Shown here piece by piece: positions 16,970 to 26,504 of a stretch of 39,918 bases of DNA. Location of the stretch: contig CAUYZA010000001.1 of the NCBI GenBank assembly GCA_963577225.1, positions 1-39,918 on the forward strand, read 5' to 3'. Each line of letters begins with the position of its first letter. Position 1 is the stretch's first letter. The translations under genes and the position numbers were made by a program. The notes under the pieces are model-generated. The model was given only the letters and a program-made list of their open reading frames with translations. It was not told the DNA's origin and made no database searches. The DNA is from Dehalococcoidia bacterium. Lineage in GTDB: Bacteria; Chloroflexota; Dehalococcoidia; Bin125.

Positions 16970-17154
16970 TCGGCTTCTCCGCTTCGATTAGGTGATCCGA
17001 GTGTATGAATGGTCGCTCGCCTGCGGCAAGGCCTTGGGTGGCGAATGGGCGGTTACGTACATGGCGGACAACATTCGCCGTCCGATGGTCCCACACGGAC
17101 GCCGAGTCCGACCACGAGCCGTTCCGCGCCGGACGGCGGTATACGATCTCTCCC

Positions 17155-17802
17155 ATGACGCAGCGACCGAAACGTGCACGCGGCAAACGCAAGCCTGGCG
17201 ACGAGGCCCAGCCATCGCTGCAGTTCAACGTGTCGACGCTGCTGCAAGAGCCGATCGGCAACCGGCGCTACTACCAGGTCTTGGATGCGCCGATCGAGCT
17301 GGAGCGCGAAACGACGTCGGTCTCCGGGCCGGTCGACATGATGCGTACGGACGGATCGATCCTGGTCACCGCGGAGTTGGCGCTCGCCGTGCAGGAATCC
17401 TGTTCCGTCTGCCTCGACCCGTTCAAACTGCCGCTCGAACTGGAATTGCGTGAGGAGTTTTGGCCGGAAGTCGACCCGCTCTCGCACTTGCCACTGGACG
17501 TACCGGACGAACGCGAAGGTTTTCCCGTTGTCGAAGCCCAGCTCGATCTGTCGGAAGCCATCCGCCAATATGTAGTCATGGCCCGGCCGATCAGCACACG
17601 CTGCGGCGCCGACTGCCCGGGTCCCCCCGTCGTGGCGGGTATGACGTTCCAGTTCTCCGCCGACGAGGCGGAGCCCGACAGCGGGACGGGATCCGACACG
17701 CCGGCAACGTCTACGATTGACACTCGCTGGGCGGCCTTGCGAAGGTTGCGGGACGAGATCGGGCCCGATGGCCCCGGCGGCAGCGAGCAAGAAGAGGACT
17801 GA
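17155..17802 (+). CDS. yceD: YceD/DUF177-family protein (large-subunit rRNA accumulation protein)
   Basis: ATG 17155 begins MTQRPKRARG.... The DUF177-like core is ...VTAELALAVQESCSVCLDPFKLPLELELREEFWPE...DLSEAIRQYVVMARP. It lies directly upstream of rpmF, which is the classical arrangement. Confidence 0.8.
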   Translation: MTQRPKRARGKRKPGDEAQPSLQFNVSTLLQEPIGNRRYYQVLDAPIELERETTSVSGPVDMMRTDGSILVTAELALAVQESCSVCLDPFKLPLELELREEFWPEVDPLSHLPLDVPDEREGFPVVEAQLDLSEAIRQYVVMARPISTRCGADCPGPPVVAGMTFQFSADEAEPDSGTGSDTPATSTIDTRWAALRRLRDEIGPDGPGGSEQEED

Positions 17803-17805
17803 GCC

Positions 17806-17991
17806 ATGGCTCCGTTGCCCAAGCGGAAATACGCGAAAACGCGACAGCGCCTGCGGCGCCAGCACCACCGCCCGATCCGGGCACAGTTGGTGAGCTGCGA
17901 GAACTGCGGCCAACCGCATCAGGCCCACCACGTCTGCCACAACTGCGGCACCTACCGCGGCCGGCGCGTATTCGACCTGGACGAGGATTAG
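17806..17991 (+). CDS. rpmF: 50S ribosomal protein L32
   Basis: This 61-aa ORF reads MAPLPKRKYAKTRQRLRRQHH...CENCGQPHQAHHVCHNCGTYRGR. Confidence 0.95.
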   Translation: MAPLPKRKYAKTRQRLRRQHHRPIRAQLVSCENCGQPHQAHHVCHNCGTYRGRRVFDLDED

Positions 17992-17992
17992 G

Positions 17993-18952
17993 TTGGCTCC
18001 CCCCGATTCTCCCGCTGATGGGGCCACCGCTGGCTCCGTCGCTTGGCTATTTCCCGGGCAAGGCGCGCAGCAAGTCGGAATGGGTCGGGATCTGTTCGAC
18101 GAGTTCTCGGAGGCGCGCGCTGTCTTCGAACAGGCCGACGCCGCACTGAGCCGTCCGCTCAGTGAAATCATCTTCGAGGGCCCGGAAGACGAACTCGTCC
18201 GCACGATCAACACCCAACCGGCGATCCTCGTCACGAGTCTGGCCTGCCTAGCGGCGGGACGGGCGACGGGTGCGCTGGAACACGCCCCAGCCTTCGTCGC
18301 CGGACACAGCCTGGGCGAGTACTCCGCCCTAGTTGCTGCCGGCGCACTGACCCTGGCCGACAGCATCCAACTCGTGCAGGAACGCGGGCGGCTGATGCAA
18401 GAGGCCTGCGACGCAGCCCCCAGCGGGATGGCCGCCCTGATCGGGCTGGAGCCCGAGGTGGTGGATGAGGTCTGCGCCGGAAGCGGCGCCGAAGTCTGCA
18501 ACATCAACACCGACACTCAGATCGTGGTCGGCGGCACACACGAGGCGGTCGCGGCGGCAGTGAAGCTGGCAACGGAAAAGGGCGCGCGTCGCGCCATTCC
18601 GCTCAAGGTGGGCGGGGCGTTCCACTCCTCGCTGATGGGACTGGCCGCTGAGGGGATGCGGGCCGCGCTGGCCAGCATCGACTTCAGCGCGCCCGAGGTG
18701 CCCGTGGTCGGCAACATGACGGCGCAGGCGCTGACCTCGACCGAAGCCGTGATCGATGAACTGGAGATGCAGGTCAATCACGCCGTGCGCTGGCGTCAGT
18801 CCGTGGAGACGATGGGCGAAGCGGGCGTCGGCAGCTTCATCGAGATCGGGCCCGGCTCCGCGCTGACCGGAATGGTGCGATCCATCCTGCGTGAGGCCAA
18901 GCCGGAGCTGGTCAATCTGAACGACGCGGCGTCGATCCGCGAGGCGGGCTAG
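17993..18952 (+). CDS. fabD: Malonyl-CoA:ACP transacylase
   Basis: This 319-aa ORF starts at TTG 17993. Its motifs are FPGQGAQQVGMG, GHSLGEYSALVAAG and GAFHSSLM. Confidence 0.95.
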   Translation: MAPPDSPADGATAGSVAWLFPGQGAQQVGMGRDLFDEFSEARAVFEQADAALSRPLSEIIFEGPEDELVRTINTQPAILVTSLACLAAGRATGALEHAPAFVAGHSLGEYSALVAAGALTLADSIQLVQERGRLMQEACDAAPSGMAALIGLEPEVVDEVCAGSGAEVCNINTDTQIVVGGTHEAVAAAVKLATEKGARRAIPLKVGGAFHSSLMGLAAEGMRAALASIDFSAPEVPVVGNMTAQALTSTEAVIDELEMQVNHAVRWRQSVETMGEAGVGSFIEIGPGSALTGMVRSILREAKPELVNLNDAASIREAG

Positions 18953-18959
18953 GCCGGCC

Positions 18960-19466
18960 ATGGCGCGACTCTACCGGCGAGGCCGGACACGAGCATTCCA
19001 GGCCTTGTTCGAGGCCGAGTTCGGTCGCATACCCGCGAACGCGGCGCTCGAGCGCGCGAGCAGCGAACGGCTGAGCGAGGCGGAGTTGACCTTCGCCGCG
19101 ACTCTGATCGAGGGAGTGCAAGAACGTCGGTCCGAGATCGACGCGATCATCGTGGAGGCGGCGCCCGCCTTCCCGATTGGACAGATTGCCATGGTTGACC
19201 GAACGATCCTTCGCATTGCGCTCTATGAGGTTCTCTTCAATAATGCCGCCGTTCCGATCGGCGCCGTGATCAACGATGCCGTCGAACTAGCCAAGACGTT
19301 CGGGAGTGACGCAAGTCGACGCTTCGTGAACGGAGTCTTGGGGACGGTCAGCCGCCAGCGGCTGCCCGACTTGATGCCCAAACCGCCGTCTAATCCAGGA
19401 ACGGCGTTGGAAGAGGCGCTGGCCGCGCCGAAGGCCGAAACGGAGGAACCAAATGGCGCTCTTTGA
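18960..19466 (+). CDS. nusB: Transcription antitermination factor NusB
   Basis: This 168-aa ORF has [13 protein letters not shown]...[47 protein letters not shown]. Confidence 0.9.
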   Translation: MARLYRRGRTRAFQALFEAEFGRIPANAALERASSERLSEAELTFAATLIEGVQERRSEIDAIIVEAAPAFPIGQIAMVDRTILRIALYEVLFNNAAVPIGAVINDAVELAKTFGSDASRRFVNGVLGTVSRQRLPDLMPKPPSNPGTALEEALAAPKAETEEPNGAL

Positions 19467-19707
19467 TCGAGTCCAGGGAATCATCGAGAACCAGCTGGGT
19501 GTGGAGGCCGACGAGATCAAGCCCGAGGCGTCGTTTATCGACGATCTTGGGGCGGACTCGCTGGACCTGGTCGAACTCATTATGTCTTTCGAGGACGAGT
19601 TCAAGGACGAGGTGCCCGACCTGGAGATCTCAGACGAAGAGGCCGAGGGGATCAGCACCGTGCAAAGCGCGATCGACTTCCTCAAGTCCAAGGGCGTTCC
19701 GGACTAG
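19453..19707 (+). CDS. acpP: Acyl carrier protein
   Basis: This 84-aa ORF has the phosphopantetheine site [15 protein letters not shown] and GGAGGA upstream. Its start overlaps the nusB end by 14 nt. Confidence 0.95.
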   Translation: MALFDRVQGIIENQLGVEADEIKPEASFIDDLGADSLDLVELIMSFEDEFKDEVPDLEISDEEAEGISTVQSAIDFLKSKGVPD

Positions 19708-19722
19708 GCGCCCCACAAAAGC

Positions 19723-19764
19723 GCCGCCGCGATTGCCGATTGGGGCATTGGCATTGGCGGCGGC
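19723..19764 (+). terminator. Possible stem-loop downstream of acpP
   Basis: GCCGCCGC (19723-19730) pairs with GCGGCGGC (19757-19764) around a 26-nt loop. There is no U tract. Confidence 0.25.
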
Positions 19765-19914
19765 CCGCGTGGACGCCTCCGCCGGGCGCGGCTTCTGAAC
19801 GCAACGACTTCGCATCGGCAGCAATTCAACTTCTGAAGTGCGGTACGGTTAACGACGCAGATACGCCCTTGGGCGTGCGGAACGCCGCAGACAGACTTCG
19901 GAGCGAGGGTTCTT

Positions 19915-20529
19915 GTGGAAATCTTCGGGATTGGCGTCCTGGAAGTGATGGCCGTCATGTTGTTGATGGCGATCGTCTTTGGGCCGCATCGGCTGCCGGA
20001 GATCGCGAAGCAGGCCGGCCGGGCAGTGCGAGAGCTGCGCGAGTACGCGCGCGACTTCCGCGACGAGTATCTGACGGACTTCGAAGAGGTTCGCGAGGAG
20101 TACCTGGAGGTCCGCTACGAGCTGGAGCAGACGGACAGCGAGTTCCGCCAGGAAATGAAGGAACTCGACGAGGATCTCCGCTCAACGGTGCGCGAGGCGG
20201 AGAAGGACGCGACGGAGGCTGTCAAGGAAGCCGAAAGTGCGGTCAAGGACACTGAGACCGCGGTTCGCGACAACGACCAATCCGCTACCAAGAGTTCAGC
20301 GAGCACGGCGACCAAAGCGAAGCCGGCAGCGCCAACCCGCCCGGCGGCGGTGGCCGGCGAAGCGAACGACGAGGACAACGACAACGCTGCAGGCGGCGAG
20401 GCCTCCCGCGCGCGACGGCTGGGCCGCGGCCGGCGCCTCGAAACGAAGCGTGGCGCGGCGCGCGGCGAGAACGTCGGGCGTCCCGGCAAGGTGATCTCGA
20501 TCAACCGGCGGCGGCCGCCGCAGAAGTGA
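19915..20529 (+). CDS. Twin-arginine translocase TatA/TatB-family subunit (TatB-like hinge)
   Basis: This 204-aa ORF starts at GTG, with an N-terminal TM helix followed by FGPHRLPEIAKQAGRAVRELREY. The C-terminal tail is long and charged. Confidence 0.85.
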   Translation: MEIFGIGVLEVMAVMLLMAIVFGPHRLPEIAKQAGRAVRELREYARDFRDEYLTDFEEVREEYLEVRYELEQTDSEFRQEMKELDEDLRSTVREAEKDATEAVKEAESAVKDTETAVRDNDQSATKSSASTATKAKPAAPTRPAAVAGEANDEDNDNAAGGEASRARRLGRGRRLETKRGAARGENVGRPGKVISINRRRPPQK

Positions 20530-20543
20530 CCGACTAGACCGCC

Positions 20544-21359
20544 ATGGCGTCGCAGACGTTCCCCGAAGACCTCGACGAAGAGGAATCGGTACCCGAAACC
20601 GGAGCGATGACGCTTTGGGAGCACCTGGACGAGGTGCGCAAGCGGATCACCATCGCGGCGCTGACCGTCGTGCTGACGACCGTCGTGGCACTGATCTTCA
20701 CAAAGGACATCATCGACTTTCTGACGGTGCCGGCACGCAACGCTGACCCGGACTTCGAGCCGATCTTCACCGAGGTGCTCGGCTTCGTTGGGGCCTACTT
20801 CAAGGTGGGCCTGCTGATCGGCATCGCGGCCGCCATGCCGGTGCTGGTCTATCAGGTGTTTGCGTTCGTCAATCCGGCGCTGACCCACTCCGAGCGCAAG
20901 TGGATCCTGCCACTCGTCCTGCTCGCTTCACTCTCGTTCGTGGGTGGTGGGGCGTTCGCCTTCTTCATCGCTTGGCCGCCGGCGCTGGACTTCCTGCTCA
21001 ACTTCGGCGAGGGCGTGGCCGAACCGCAGATCCGGATCAACAACTACATCGATGTGCTGACCCGCTTCGTCTTCTGGACCGGCATCGTCTTCGAGACGCC
21101 GCTAGTCCTGATGGGACTGGGCTTCCTGGGGCTGATCACCGCCGGGCGGCTGATCAGGATGTGGCGCTGGGCAATCATTGGCGCCTTCGTGATCGCGGCG
21201 TTCATCACGCCATCGATCGACCCGGTGACGCAAGCCGCCGTCGCGATTCCGCTGATGGTGCTCTACGCGCTCGGCATCGGCCTGGTCAAACTGGTCGAAA
21301 AGCGAGCCTTGGGCAGGATGCCCGAAGAAGACGACGAAGAGGCTGAGCCGGCCGAGTAG
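20544..21359 (+). CDS. tatC: Twin-arginine translocase subunit TatC
   Basis: This 271-aa polytopic ORF reads MTLWEHLDEVRKRI..., with six hydrophobic segments in a TatC-like layout. Confidence 0.95.
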   Translation: MASQTFPEDLDEEESVPETGAMTLWEHLDEVRKRITIAALTVVLTTVVALIFTKDIIDFLTVPARNADPDFEPIFTEVLGFVGAYFKVGLLIGIAAAMPVLVYQVFAFVNPALTHSERKWILPLVLLASLSFVGGGAFAFFIAWPPALDFLLNFGEGVAEPQIRINNYIDVLTRFVFWTGIVFETPLVLMGLGFLGLITAGRLIRMWRWAIIGAFVIAAFITPSIDPVTQAAVAIPLMVLYALGIGLVKLVEKRALGRMPEEDDEEAEPAE

Positions 21360-21382
21360 ACACGCCCCGATTCGACCTGGGT

Positions 21383-21415
21383 GACGTAAGCGCTGTGGGC
21401 AAGTGCGCTTACGTC
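21383..21415 (+). terminator. Perfect 11-bp inverted repeat downstream of tatC (possible terminator)
   Basis: GACGTAAGCGC (21383-21393) pairs with GCGCTTACGTC (21405-21415) around an 11-nt loop. It is followed by CGATTCC, which is a poor U tract. Confidence 0.4.
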
Positions 21416-21508
21416 CGATTCCACCTTCGTCGCGGTTGCGAGGCGTCGGGCGGCGGTGGATGCTCCGAGGGGTAGAACCGGACGTCGGGCAGCAGAAGTC
21501 GAGGCGCC

Positions 21509-22144
21509 GTGCAGTTCGAAGCGCAACGCGCGATCGAAGAGCGGGTGGCCGCCTGTACACGCTGCCGTCTCTCGTCCGGCCGCACCATGACCGTGCCCGG
21601 CGATGGCAATCCCAACGCCGAGCTGATGTTCATCGGCGAGGGGCCGGGGGCGAACGAGGATCGCCAGGGGCATCCCTTCGTGGGCCAGGCCGGCAAGCTG
21701 CTGGACCGGCTGCTGGACGAGATCAATCTCGCCCGGAATGACGTCTTCGTGACGAACGTGATCAAGTGCCGGCCGCCGAACAACCGCGATCCCGAGTCGG
21801 ACGAGATCGCGGCCTGCGAGCCGTATCTGGCGGAGCAACTGCGCGGCATCCGGCCCAAGCTGATCGTCCCACTGGGCCGCTTCGCGATGAACTACTTCCT
21901 GCCCCGCGCGACGATCGGCCGGGCTCACGGCCAGGTCGCGCAGTCGGGCGATTGGCTGATCTTTCCCGTCTATCACCCAGCCGCGGGGCTGCGCCAGACG
22001 CGGATGCTGAACGTGCTGCGAGAGGACTTCCAACGCATCCCGGAGATCCTGGCGACGGCGGAGCGACCGGTCCTGCCCGACCTGGGCGAGGAGTCGGGCG
22101 AGGCCGTGGAAGACCCTCAGGGCCAGCAGCTCTCTTTGCTTTGA
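21509..22144 (+). CDS. Uracil-DNA glycosylase, family 4
   Basis: This 211-aa ORF has CTRCRL...GDGNPNAELMFIGEGPGANEDRQGHPFVGQAGKLLD and HPAA motifs. Confidence 0.9.
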   Translation: MQFEAQRAIEERVAACTRCRLSSGRTMTVPGDGNPNAELMFIGEGPGANEDRQGHPFVGQAGKLLDRLLDEINLARNDVFVTNVIKCRPPNNRDPESDEIAACEPYLAEQLRGIRPKLIVPLGRFAMNYFLPRATIGRAHGQVAQSGDWLIFPVYHPAAGLRQTRMLNVLREDFQRIPEILATAERPVLPDLGEESGEAVEDPQGQQLSLL

Positions 22145-22314
22145 GCATCCACGAGTGGACGGTCGCAGCGGTCCGGGCCTAGACGACGTTCGAGCGGGCG
22201 GCGAGGTCGTCGCGATACGAGGGCTGGCTCGCAGCTCAGCGAGAGCGTTGGTGTTGGATCGAATGTTCGCGTAGTAAAACGGCCACGTAGGATGGCGTCT
22301 GGAGAGCAACGCCT

Positions 22315-23982
22315 GTGAGCGACATTCCCAGCGACGGCTTGCGCGTGGTCCCTCTCGGGGGCTTGGGCGACATCGGCCGCAACATGATGGTGGTCGAGAC
22401 CAGCGAAGACTTGATCGTGATCGACTGCGGGATCATGTTCCCGTCGGACGAGATGTTCGGCGTCGACTACATCATTCCCGACTTCGACTATCTGGAGGAG
22501 CGCGCCGACAAGCTGCGTGGCTACCTGCTGACGCACGGCCACGAGGATCACATCGGGGCGCTGCCGTATGTGCTGCCGCGTGCGCCCGCCCCGATCTTCT
22601 GCACGCGGCTGACGCGTGGGCTGGTCGAAGTGAAGCTGCGCGAGAAGGGCCTGCGCGACCAGGAAATCGTCACCGTGGAAATGGGAACCGAGTACGGCTT
22701 TGGCTCGATCACGGCCGAGTTCTTCCCCGTTGCACATTCGATCCCGGACGCGACTGGGATCGCGTTGCACACCCCGGCCGGGCTAATGATCCACACCGGC
22801 GACTTCAAGATCGACCACACCCCGGTCATGAGCGAACCGACGGACCTCTCGCGGCTTGCGTCGCTGGGCGAAGAAGGGGTGCTGCTGCTCTGCTCCGACT
22901 CGACTTACGCGGACCGCATGGGATCGACGATGTCGGAATTGTTGGTGGGCGAAGCGCTTGAGCAAGCGATGCTGGCGGCGCCTGGGCGGGTCATCATCGC
23001 GACGTTCGCCTCCCAGATCGCACGCGTGCAGCAGATCATCGACGGTGCGGAGGCTTCCGGGCGGACCGTGTTCGTGACCGGCCGCTCGATGGAACGCAAC
23101 GTCAAAATGGCGCGAGAGCTGGGCTACTTGCATGCGGCGCAGGGGGCGATTCGCAACATTTCGGAGCACACGAGCTTCGCCGACGAGGATGTCCTGATCG
23201 TTTCGACCGGGGGGCAGGGCGAGCCGATGTCCGCCCTGTCGCGCATGTCGGTCGCCGACCACCGCGACGTGACGATCAAGCCCGGCGACACCGTCGTGCT
23301 CTCGTCGAGCCCGATTCCTGGGAACGAGGCGGCCGTCAATCGCACGATCGACAATCTCTTCCGCCTTCAGGCGAACGTCATCTGGACGGGCGGGGGCAAG
23401 GAAAACGTGCACGTACGCGGTCACGCCGCTCAAGAAGAGTTGAAGACGGTGTTAAGTCTCGTGAAGCCGGAACACTTCGTCCCGATCCACGGCGAGTACC
23501 GCCACCTCTCGCTGCACTCGCGGTTGGCGGAGTTGATGGGCGTGCCGCCCGAGAACTGCCACATTCTGCTCGACGGCGCCATCTTCGAACTCACGCCAGA
23601 CCGGGCCGAGATCGTGGGTGAAACGTCGGGCGCCTACGTCTATGTCGATGGGGTGTCCGTGGGGGACGTAAACCACACGGTACTGCGGGATCGCAAGCAT
23701 TTGGCGACGGACGGAGTGGTGACGGTCGTCGTCCCTGTCAACCACCAAACAGGGCGGGTCTCGGGCCGGATCGACATTGTTTCGAAGGGCTTCGTTGGGA
23801 TGGACGAGTCGCCCGACTTGCGGGAGCAGGTTGAGGCGCACATCCGCAAGTCGCTTGATCGAGGCGACAAAACGCTCGAATGGCACGAACTGCAAGAGAC
23901 GCTGCGGCACGAGGTGTCGGCCTTCTTGTACCGCAAGACCAGGCAACGACCTATGGTGTTACCGGTGGCCGTGGAGGTCTAA
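22315..23982 (+). CDS. rnj: Ribonuclease J
   Basis: This 555-aa ORF has VVPLGGLGDIGRNMMVVE, the metallo-beta-lactamase motif THGHEDHIGALPY and the beta-CASP region. Confidence 0.95.
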   Translation: MSDIPSDGLRVVPLGGLGDIGRNMMVVETSEDLIVIDCGIMFPSDEMFGVDYIIPDFDYLEERADKLRGYLLTHGHEDHIGALPYVLPRAPAPIFCTRLTRGLVEVKLREKGLRDQEIVTVEMGTEYGFGSITAEFFPVAHSIPDATGIALHTPAGLMIHTGDFKIDHTPVMSEPTDLSRLASLGEEGVLLLCSDSTYADRMGSTMSELLVGEALEQAMLAAPGRVIIATFASQIARVQQIIDGAEASGRTVFVTGRSMERNVKMARELGYLHAAQGAIRNISEHTSFADEDVLIVSTGGQGEPMSALSRMSVADHRDVTIKPGDTVVLSSSPIPGNEAAVNRTIDNLFRLQANVIWTGGGKENVHVRGHAAQEELKTVLSLVKPEHFVPIHGEYRHLSLHSRLAELMGVPPENCHILLDGAIFELTPDRAEIVGETSGAYVYVDGVSVGDVNHTVLRDRKHLATDGVVTVVVPVNHQTGRVSGRIDIVSKGFVGMDESPDLREQVEAHIRKSLDRGDKTLEWHELQETLRHEVSAFLYRKTRQRPMVLPVAVEV

Positions 23983-24026
23983 CGCCTCTGCAAGGGTGAG
24001 CCGTCCCAAGAGAGGACGGTTCTCCG

Positions 24027-26504
24027 ATGGCGCGTAGCGTGGCGCATGGCAGAGGCCGTGGGCGCGGTCGCAAGGCCGAAACGCCCGGATTTCGCTTCTA
24101 TCGACAGATCGATTTAACCCAACAACGCCTGCCTTTGGCAGGTGTCGGGCTGGTTTTGCTTGCCGCCTTGCTCGTCAACTGGACGACGGGCGGATTCAAC
24201 CTCCTGAGCGGGGCGCGGGAAGCGTTCGTGGGAGCGCTAGGGGTCGGTGTCTTTGTCGTCATCGGCAGTGGGCTACTCGCGGGACTCTGGCTCCTGGCCG
24301 GCGCTCGCCGAATCGGGCGGCGCGCGTTCCGCCGCCTGCTCGGCGTCGCGACGTTGATTGTCGTGGGGATGGGGCTGGCCGGCGCATTTGAGCCGAGTTG
24401 GGACTTGGGTGGGGTACCGCTGTCGCAGCGAACCGCGAGCGGAGACTTGGGCGACTTCCTGACCTCACCGTTCGGCGTCGTGCTGCTGTTGCTGATGAGC
24501 TTGGGCGGCAGCGCGTTGATCGCGCCCAGTCGCACGCTGTCTGGGCTGCGGGTCGCCTGGGGCGCAGGCAGGCTGACCGTCCGCAAAGCCGCGGCGCAGG
24601 TGCCGGAGGGCGCCTTGGCGCTGCCGGGCCGCAACAACCGGGTGGATCCATGGGACGAGGAGTTGGGCTGGGAGGCACCCCAGGCTGCACACGATCCGGC
24701 CATCGACGAGCATGCGCTGGCCTCGATGCAGACCTCCGCCACGAGCACGATCAGCGACGAGGTGATCGCCGACGCTCCGCCCACCCCGGGCGAGGCAGTA
24801 GCAGAGGTCGCGGACGCGACGCTGGATGAGGACGAGACCGAAGAAGAAGCCGAAGCCGCGCCTTCGCCCAAGCGTCGCCGCCGCAGCGAGGACGGCTGGC
24901 AGATGCCGGCCCTCTCCATCCTGCACACGGATGCACCGGTCGTGGGCAAGAGCGACGCCGATCGTCAAGGCGAGATCATCGTGGACACGCTGGCGCAGTT
25001 CGGCGTCGACGCGCGGGTTGCCACGATCGACGAAGGCCCGTCGGTGACCCAGATCGGGATCGAACCGGGCTGGGAAATCAAAACGCGCAAGGTCGTCCAG
25101 CGCGACGAGGCAGGCAAGGCGCTGTTGGACGCGAGCGGCCAGCCGATCACCCAGGACGAAGAGATCTCCCGCAAGCGAGTGAGGGTCAACCGCATCACGC
25201 GGCTGACGAACGATCTGGCACTGGCATTGGCCGCGCCGTCGATCCGGGTGCTGGCGCCCGTGCCGGGCAAGCCCGTCGTGGGAATCGAGGTTCCCAACGC
25301 GGAACGGCGCCTCGTCTCTTTACGCGGCGTGATCGACACGCCGGAATTCCGGCGCAAGATGAAGGCGGGCGGCCTGCCGATCGCCCTCGGCCGCGCCGTC
25401 AACGGACAACCCGTCGTCATCGACCTGACCGCCATGCCGCACGTGCTGATCGCGGGCGCGACGGGCGCCGGCAAGAGCGTCGCGATCAACTCGATCATCG
25501 CCTGCCTCTTGATGCACTTTTCGCCGGAAGAGGTGCGACTCGTCCTCGTCGACCCGAAGCGGGTAGAGCTGACGGGCTACAACGACATCCCCCACCTCGC
25601 CTTCTCGCACGTCGTGACCGACCCCGATGAGGTGGTCGGCGTGCTGGGCGTCGTCGTGGCGGAGATGGAGCGCCGCTATCGCCGCTTCGAACATGAGGGC
25701 GCCCGCAACATCGCCGCCTACAACGCGACAGAGCGGACGGAAGGCAAGTTGCCCTACTGGGTCGTGGTACTGGACGAGCTGGCAGACCTCATGATGGTGG
25801 CGCCGGTCGAAGTGGAGCAGCAGCTCGTGCGCCTGGCACAGTTGGCCCGAGCGACCGGCATTCACATGGTCGTCGCGACGCAACGCCCGTCCGTCGACGT
25901 GGTGACCGGGTTGATCAAAGCAAACTTCCCGACCCGGATCGCGTTCGCCACGACGTCGCAGACGGACGCCCGCGTGATCATGGATCGCGCTGGAGCGGAG
26001 AAGCTACTGGGCAAGGGCGACATGCTCCTCCAGGGCCAGGACAACATCCAGCCGGGCCGCGTGCAGGGCACGTTCGTTGCGGACGATGAGATCGCCGAAC
26101 TGATCGCATTCTGGACGCAGGATCGCTTCAAGGGCATGCCCCGCCCAACGATGGACCATCTGCTCGCCGAGGCAGTCGAACCCGCGGAGAGCGAGGCCGA
26201 CGCGGTGTTGGAAGCGGCCGAGGCGGCCAGCGCCGAGGTCATGGATGCGATCGACTTCAACGAGCGCGATACGCTGTACGCGGACGCCGTTTCGCTAGCC
26301 CGCGAGCACACGCGGATCTCAGCATCGATGCTGCAGCGCCGGTTGCGGGTCGGGTACCCACGTGCAGCGCGCTTAATCGACATGCTGGAAGCGGACGGCG
26401 TCGTGGGGGCCGCCGAAGGTAGCCAGTCGCGCCTGGTACTGCTAAGCCAGGAGCCGGTGGTCTCGAAGATCGGCGGCAACTGGGCCGATCAGAGCGGCCT
26501 GTAG
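24027..26504 (+). CDS. ftsK: DNA translocase FtsK
   Basis: This 825-aa ORF has N-terminal TM helices, an acidic linker, the Walker A motif GATGAGKSV, the motor domain, and a C-terminal gamma winged-helix domain (SMLQRRLRVGYPRAARLIDMLEADGVV). Confidence 0.95.
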   Translation: MARSVAHGRGRGRGRKAETPGFRFYRQIDLTQQRLPLAGVGLVLLAALLVNWTTGGFNLLSGAREAFVGALGVGVFVVIGSGLLAGLWLLAGARRIGRRAFRRLLGVATLIVVGMGLAGAFEPSWDLGGVPLSQRTASGDLGDFLTSPFGVVLLLLMSLGGSALIAPSRTLSGLRVAWGAGRLTVRKAAAQVPEGALALPGRNNRVDPWDEELGWEAPQAAHDPAIDEHALASMQTSATSTISDEVIADAPPTPGEAVAEVADATLDEDETEEEAEAAPSPKRRRRSEDGWQMPALSILHTDAPVVGKSDADRQGEIIVDTLAQFGVDARVATIDEGPSVTQIGIEPGWEIKTRKVVQRDEAGKALLDASGQPITQDEEISRKRVRVNRITRLTNDLALALAAPSIRVLAPVPGKPVVGIEVPNAERRLVSLRGVIDTPEFRRKMKAGGLPIALGRAVNGQPVVIDLTAMPHVLIAGATGAGKSVAINSIIACLLMHFSPEEVRLVLVDPKRVELTGYNDIPHLAFSHVVTDPDEVVGVLGVVVAEMERRYRRFEHEGARNIAAYNATERTEGKLPYWVVVLDELADLMMVAPVEVEQQLVRLAQLARATGIHMVVATQRPSVDVVTGLIKANFPTRIAFATTSQTDARVIMDRAGAEKLLGKGDMLLQGQDNIQPGRVQGTFVADDEIAELIAFWTQDRFKGMPRPTMDHLLAEAVEPAESEADAVLEAAEAASAEVMDAIDFNERDTLYADAVSLAREHTRISASMLQRRLRVGYPRAARLIDMLEADGVVGAAEGSQSRLVLLSQEPVVSKIGGNWADQSGL

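Noticed and set aside
17053-18516. A 487-aa minus-strand ORF spanning yceD, rpmF and fabD.
   Set aside because: It is antisense to three well-supported genes (L32 and FabD have textbook motifs). The Ser/Ala/Arg/Pro-rich translation is a shadow ORF.
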